From: Rickettsiales bacterium
Lineage (GTDB): Bacteria > Pseudomonadota > Alphaproteobacteria > Rickettsiales > UBA1997
Reading direction: 5' to 3'
Length of the DNA: 48,005 bases
Assembly (NCBI GenBank): GCA_031268035.1
Contig: JAIRXW010000016.1
Span: 1 to 48,005, forward strand
Under the pieces are notes generated by a model. That model saw only the letters and a program-made list of their open reading frames with translations. It ran no database searches and was not told the origin of the DNA. Shown here one piece after another: positions 44,945 to 48,005 of the stretch; within the stretch, counting starts at the first letter, position 1; each line of letters opens with the position of its first letter. Both the position numbers and the translations under genes were made by a program.

Positions 44945-45361
44945 ATGCGGGCTGATAGGAAGGATCTAGGTGATAAACCAAGAGATGGTATTGCCGGAGT
45001 CATTGGTGTTGCTAAGGTCGTTAAGAAAGCTGAGGCAAAATGGAATGAGGCCGTGGATGGTCTCAGGGGTAGCAAGATTAAAGCTGAGGGGGATTCCGAA
45101 GCAAAGGAGATATCTCTAGGAAACTTTAGGGACCGTCTGTCCAGCGGAGGTTATAAAAATAGTGAGAAACATAGACCAGACACCGAAAATATGTCCAAAA
45201 AGATCTTTCTAGAGAGGGTCGAAAAAGAAAGAAAGAAATTATCTGCTGCGGTTTTCAAAAAAGAAAGTTTTCTGAAACTCCAAAAAACAAAGGTCCAACG
45301 GCTCTCCGAAGAGAGAGATGCAGCGGTTGGTGAGGAAAATAAAAAAAAGAAACATATATGA
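44945..45361 (+). CDS. Hypothetical Lys/Glu-rich protein
   Basis: 138 aa, upstream promoter, ATGA overlap with the next gene, no recognised motif. Confidence 0.6.
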   Translation: MRADRKDLGDKPRDGIAGVIGVAKVVKKAEAKWNEAVDGLRGSKIKAEGDSEAKEISLGNFRDRLSSGGYKNSEKHRPDTENMSKKIFLERVEKERKKLSAAVFKKESFLKLQKTKVQRLSEERDAAVGEENKKKKHI

Positions 45362-46071
45362 TAGTTATAGGGTTATTACTTATTTTAACGGTGCTTCTCT
45401 ACGGCATTCTGTTTAGTAGTTTTGGTTTTCCAATGGGGCTCGACCGGAGAAACTATGAGGAAACTACTGGGAGTTCTTCAGGAGATTTCCCCCATGGTGG
45501 TGAAGAGGGTCAGCATATGAAAAAAGCCATTGCCGACGATGAAAAAGATCAAAAATTATCTGGCGAAAATCAGGTAGGAGGGATCCATGATAGCTATGCA
45601 GCTTGGCCTCTGGCTAGAGACAAAAAAACAAAACTAACTGAAAATAGAATAATATTTGATGAAACTCTATTTATGAAATTGGGTGAATCTATGATAGTAG
45701 CCGTGCTGGAAGCTTTTTCCAGCAAAAGACTAGATATTCTAGAGAACCTGCTAGCTGATGATTTTTTTAGGGCCATGGCTGAGAAAATAGAATCTCTGGA
45801 TGAACACGTGTTCTATAGAACCGTGGTTGTATCCTTCGATGAAAAGATCCTGGAGAGGAAAACAGAACATAGGGTGGTGGAGATGGGGGAGCGCCTTACT
45901 CTCAGAGTGACTATGAATCAAATTAACTATGTTGAAAATGAAGATGGGACCATACTCAGTGGTTCAAAAAGTACTATAGAAAAAATTTCGGAGGTTTGGA
46001 CATTTGTTTTTCCTGGGTCCCAAAAAGGTCGGCAATGTTGGCTTGTTGAATCTGCCAGCGGGCAACTATGA
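45358..46071 (+). CDS. Tim44/TimA-like membrane-anchored protein
   Basis: N-terminal TM, FDETLF..LEAFS..LENLL, QINYV..G.ILSGS..EVWTF..WLV, conserved position before mltA. Confidence 0.85.
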   Translation: MIVIGLLLILTVLLYGILFSSFGFPMGLDRRNYEETTGSSSGDFPHGGEEGQHMKKAIADDEKDQKLSGENQVGGIHDSYAAWPLARDKKTKLTENRIIFDETLFMKLGESMIVAVLEAFSSKRLDILENLLADDFFRAMAEKIESLDEHVFYRTVVVSFDEKILERKTEHRVVEMGERLTLRVTMNQINYVENEDGTILSGSKSTIEKISEVWTFVFPGSQKGRQCWLVESASGQL

Positions 46072-47185
46072 CATTTTAAGTATTTTTCTCGCTCTGGCGA
46101 TTTCGCTTTGTTTTTTTGGGTCCCTGGGGGCAGGGGGGGCCGTGCGTAAAAAATTTTTTTCTGTAAAAAACAACGGAATTATTTTTGAAAGAGTGGACTA
46201 CAGTAATCTTGAGGGTTGGGGGCAGGACGATTATCTCGGGGCTCTCGACGGACTGCTTCAGTCCTGTGGTAAAATAGTATCTAGAGGGAGAGGAGAGATT
46301 TCCTTTCCCCAGTTGGGCCTTGGGGCTAAAAACAGTGATTTCTTTGGTATTTGCAAAATAGCTGAACTGATGAAGAGAGGAAAATACGATAATGATCATG
46401 CACGAATATTTTTTGAAACCTATTTTGTGCCCTACAGAGTTATCGATCTAAAGTCGACGAAATCGCTATTTACCGGGTACTACATACCAAAAATATTAGC
46501 TAAAAAATCTAAGGACCATATATTTAGGTATCCCATATATAAAAAACCACCGGATCTTGTGAATGGGATAAGATACTATAGTAGAGAACAAATATATGGG
46601 GGAGCCCTAGATAACAAAAATTTAGAAATACTGTACACAGATGATCCTATAGAATTATATTTTATGCATATACAGGGATCCGGGATGGTGAAATTGGCCG
46701 ACGAAAATAGGTTGGTATACGTTGGCTATGGTGGGAAAAATAATTGTAACTATTCTGCACCAAACATGACTGTAAATGGTAGAGGAATAAAAATGAATAA
46801 ACAGGAGTTAAAAAAAAATATAGAGGAGACCATGAAATTGCTTAGTCTAAATGAATCCTATGTATTTTTCAGATTCCTAAACAATAATGAATTCACGGGA
46901 GCTTTTGGGACTAAACTGATTCCCGAAAGAACCATGGCTGTCGATAGCAGATACATACCACTTGGATTTCCACTGTGGCTGAGCACGGAACATACAAAAA
47001 AATTCTCAAAGAAAAAATTCAACAGACTTATGTTCGCCAATGACGTTGGAGCTGCCATACGGGGTGTGAATAGAGGGGATATATTTTTTGGTTTTGGCAA
47101 AAAGGGAGAAGAAGATTCCGTGGGCCAATATGCGGGGGGTCAATATTTTTTGCTGATTCCAATCAATATGGCTAAAAAACTATGA
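46004..47185 (+). CDS. mltA: Membrane-bound lytic murein transglycosylase A
   Basis: LEGWGQDD, FTGYY, FMHIQGSG, NESYVFF, AVDSRYIPLG, DVGAAIRG..RGDIFFG. Start uncertain. Confidence 0.92.
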   Translation: MFFLGPKKVGNVGLLNLPAGNYDILSIFLALAISLCFFGSLGAGGAVRKKFFSVKNNGIIFERVDYSNLEGWGQDDYLGALDGLLQSCGKIVSRGRGEISFPQLGLGAKNSDFFGICKIAELMKRGKYDNDHARIFFETYFVPYRVIDLKSTKSLFTGYYIPKILAKKSKDHIFRYPIYKKPPDLVNGIRYYSREQIYGGALDNKNLEILYTDDPIELYFMHIQGSGMVKLADENRLVYVGYGGKNNCNYSAPNMTVNGRGIKMNKQELKKNIEETMKLLSLNESYVFFRFLNNNEFTGAFGTKLIPERTMAVDSRYIPLGFPLWLSTEHTKKFSKKKFNRLMFANDVGAAIRGVNRGDIFFGFGKKGEEDSVGQYAGGQYFLLIPINMAKKL

Positions 47186-47742
47186 CGGATGAGCAGGACA
47201 TTTGGCTAGAGGAGATTAGAGATTGCAAAATGCTCAAAAAAAAGCCTCAAGGAGTCAAAAAACCTCCAAGGGGGGAGATTATTCCTAGAAAAAATTTCTA
47301 TGACGATGGAGGAATATCCCAAGACAGCGAATTCATAGATGAACATGGCCTCTTACCCTATTCGCTAGGGAAAAACAAAAGCCTTGGAATAGATAGCGGG
47401 ACCGATAGAAAGCTTAGAACTGGAAAAATAAAAATTGACATGAGGATCGATTTTCATGGTCTAACTCTAGATAGGGCATTAGATTCTCTCATCCTAGGTC
47501 TAACCAATGCCCACGAGAGGGGGCTGAGGTGTGTGCTGCTAGTGACTGGTAAGGGTAAAAATACAAAGGCCGACAGAATCAGTATAAAATCAAAAATTAG
47601 TGAATGGCTAAAAATAGCCTCTCTATCTTCTATGATAGTAAAGTATGTGGATGCTATACCTAGACATGGTGGTACCGGAGCTCTCTATGTTTTCCTCCGA
47701 AGAGGCAGAGATTTCCCCCGGAAGAAGCAGGAATTAATGTAG
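47182..47742 (+). CDS. Smr/MutS2-family endonuclease domain protein
   Basis: IDFHGLT, LVTGKG, HGGTGALYV, conserved position after mltA. Confidence 0.92.
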   Translation: MTDEQDIWLEEIRDCKMLKKKPQGVKKPPRGEIIPRKNFYDDGGISQDSEFIDEHGLLPYSLGKNKSLGIDSGTDRKLRTGKIKIDMRIDFHGLTLDRALDSLILGLTNAHERGLRCVLLVTGKGKNTKADRISIKSKISEWLKIASLSSMIVKYVDAIPRHGGTGALYVFLRRGRDFPRKKQELM

Positions 47743-47906
47743 CATTCTTCAAAATTGTTGGCACACCACAGTAGCTAGAAAAAATCTCCCCAGCACACTT
47801 CTAAAAATTTTTAAGAAATTCCTGGAAACTACCTTCTATCCACACTTTCTAGAGTAACTGGCGGAGGCTAGAACACAGGGCCTCACCTACTAATCACTGA
47901 TACCCT

Positions 47907-48005
47907 CTAGGGGGGAGCCATCTTCTCTCCCAATTCAATAGTTCCATCTATTTTCTGATGTTCCGCCTGGACTAGGCTATTTGTATATTCACCGGAATCA
48001 TAATA
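47907..48005 (-). CDS. Possible 3' end of a gene entering from the right edge (..YYDSGEYTNSLVQAEHQKIDGTIELGEKMAPP*)
   Basis: Frame open from the window edge to TAG at 47909-47907, no other support. Confidence 0.3.
   Translation of the reverse strand, partial: YYDSGEYTNSLVQAEHQKIDGTIELGEKMAPP

Noticed and set aside
1-48005. Stop-codon reassignment (TAG read-through), prompted by frequent TAG
   Set aside because: Conserved genes are full length under code 11 and end at TAG, TAA or TGA in the expected places.

Overview
A 48-kb chromosomal segment of an alphaproteobacterium. The lineage is inferred from lpxI, the Tim44-mltA-smr cluster, a GTA-type tail gene and an M23-bactofilin pair, and the compact, divergent, reshuffled gene set suggests a Rickettsiales-like, probably host-associated organism. 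Most genes are housekeeping: envelope and cell wall (porin, murB, pal, M23+bactofilin, lptAB, lpxA/I/B, rodA, murJ, AsmA-like, mltA), information processing (cysS, tRNA-Gln, rpsJ-rplCDWB-rpsS-rplV-rpsC, dnaE, thyA) and proteostasis (ftsH, cyclophilin, M16C and M20 peptidases). Six features stand out. (1) A eukaryote-type Ser/Thr kinase-MORN-repeat gene is split by one frameshift, which sits in a dnaX/IS3-like context of SD-like GGAG, A_AAG and a stem-loop. (2) The S10 operon breaks after rpsC and is followed by two degenerate copies of the rpsC 3' end. (3) CysRS lacks its C-terminal anticodon-binding domain. (4) A lone GTA tail gene ends a porin-murB-thioredoxin/NHL gene run. (5) The S10 leader is structured and attenuator-like. 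(6) CTAG is unusually abundant. No CRISPR array, transposase, integrase or rRNA was seen. All family calls come from motif recognition by eye, not database searches.
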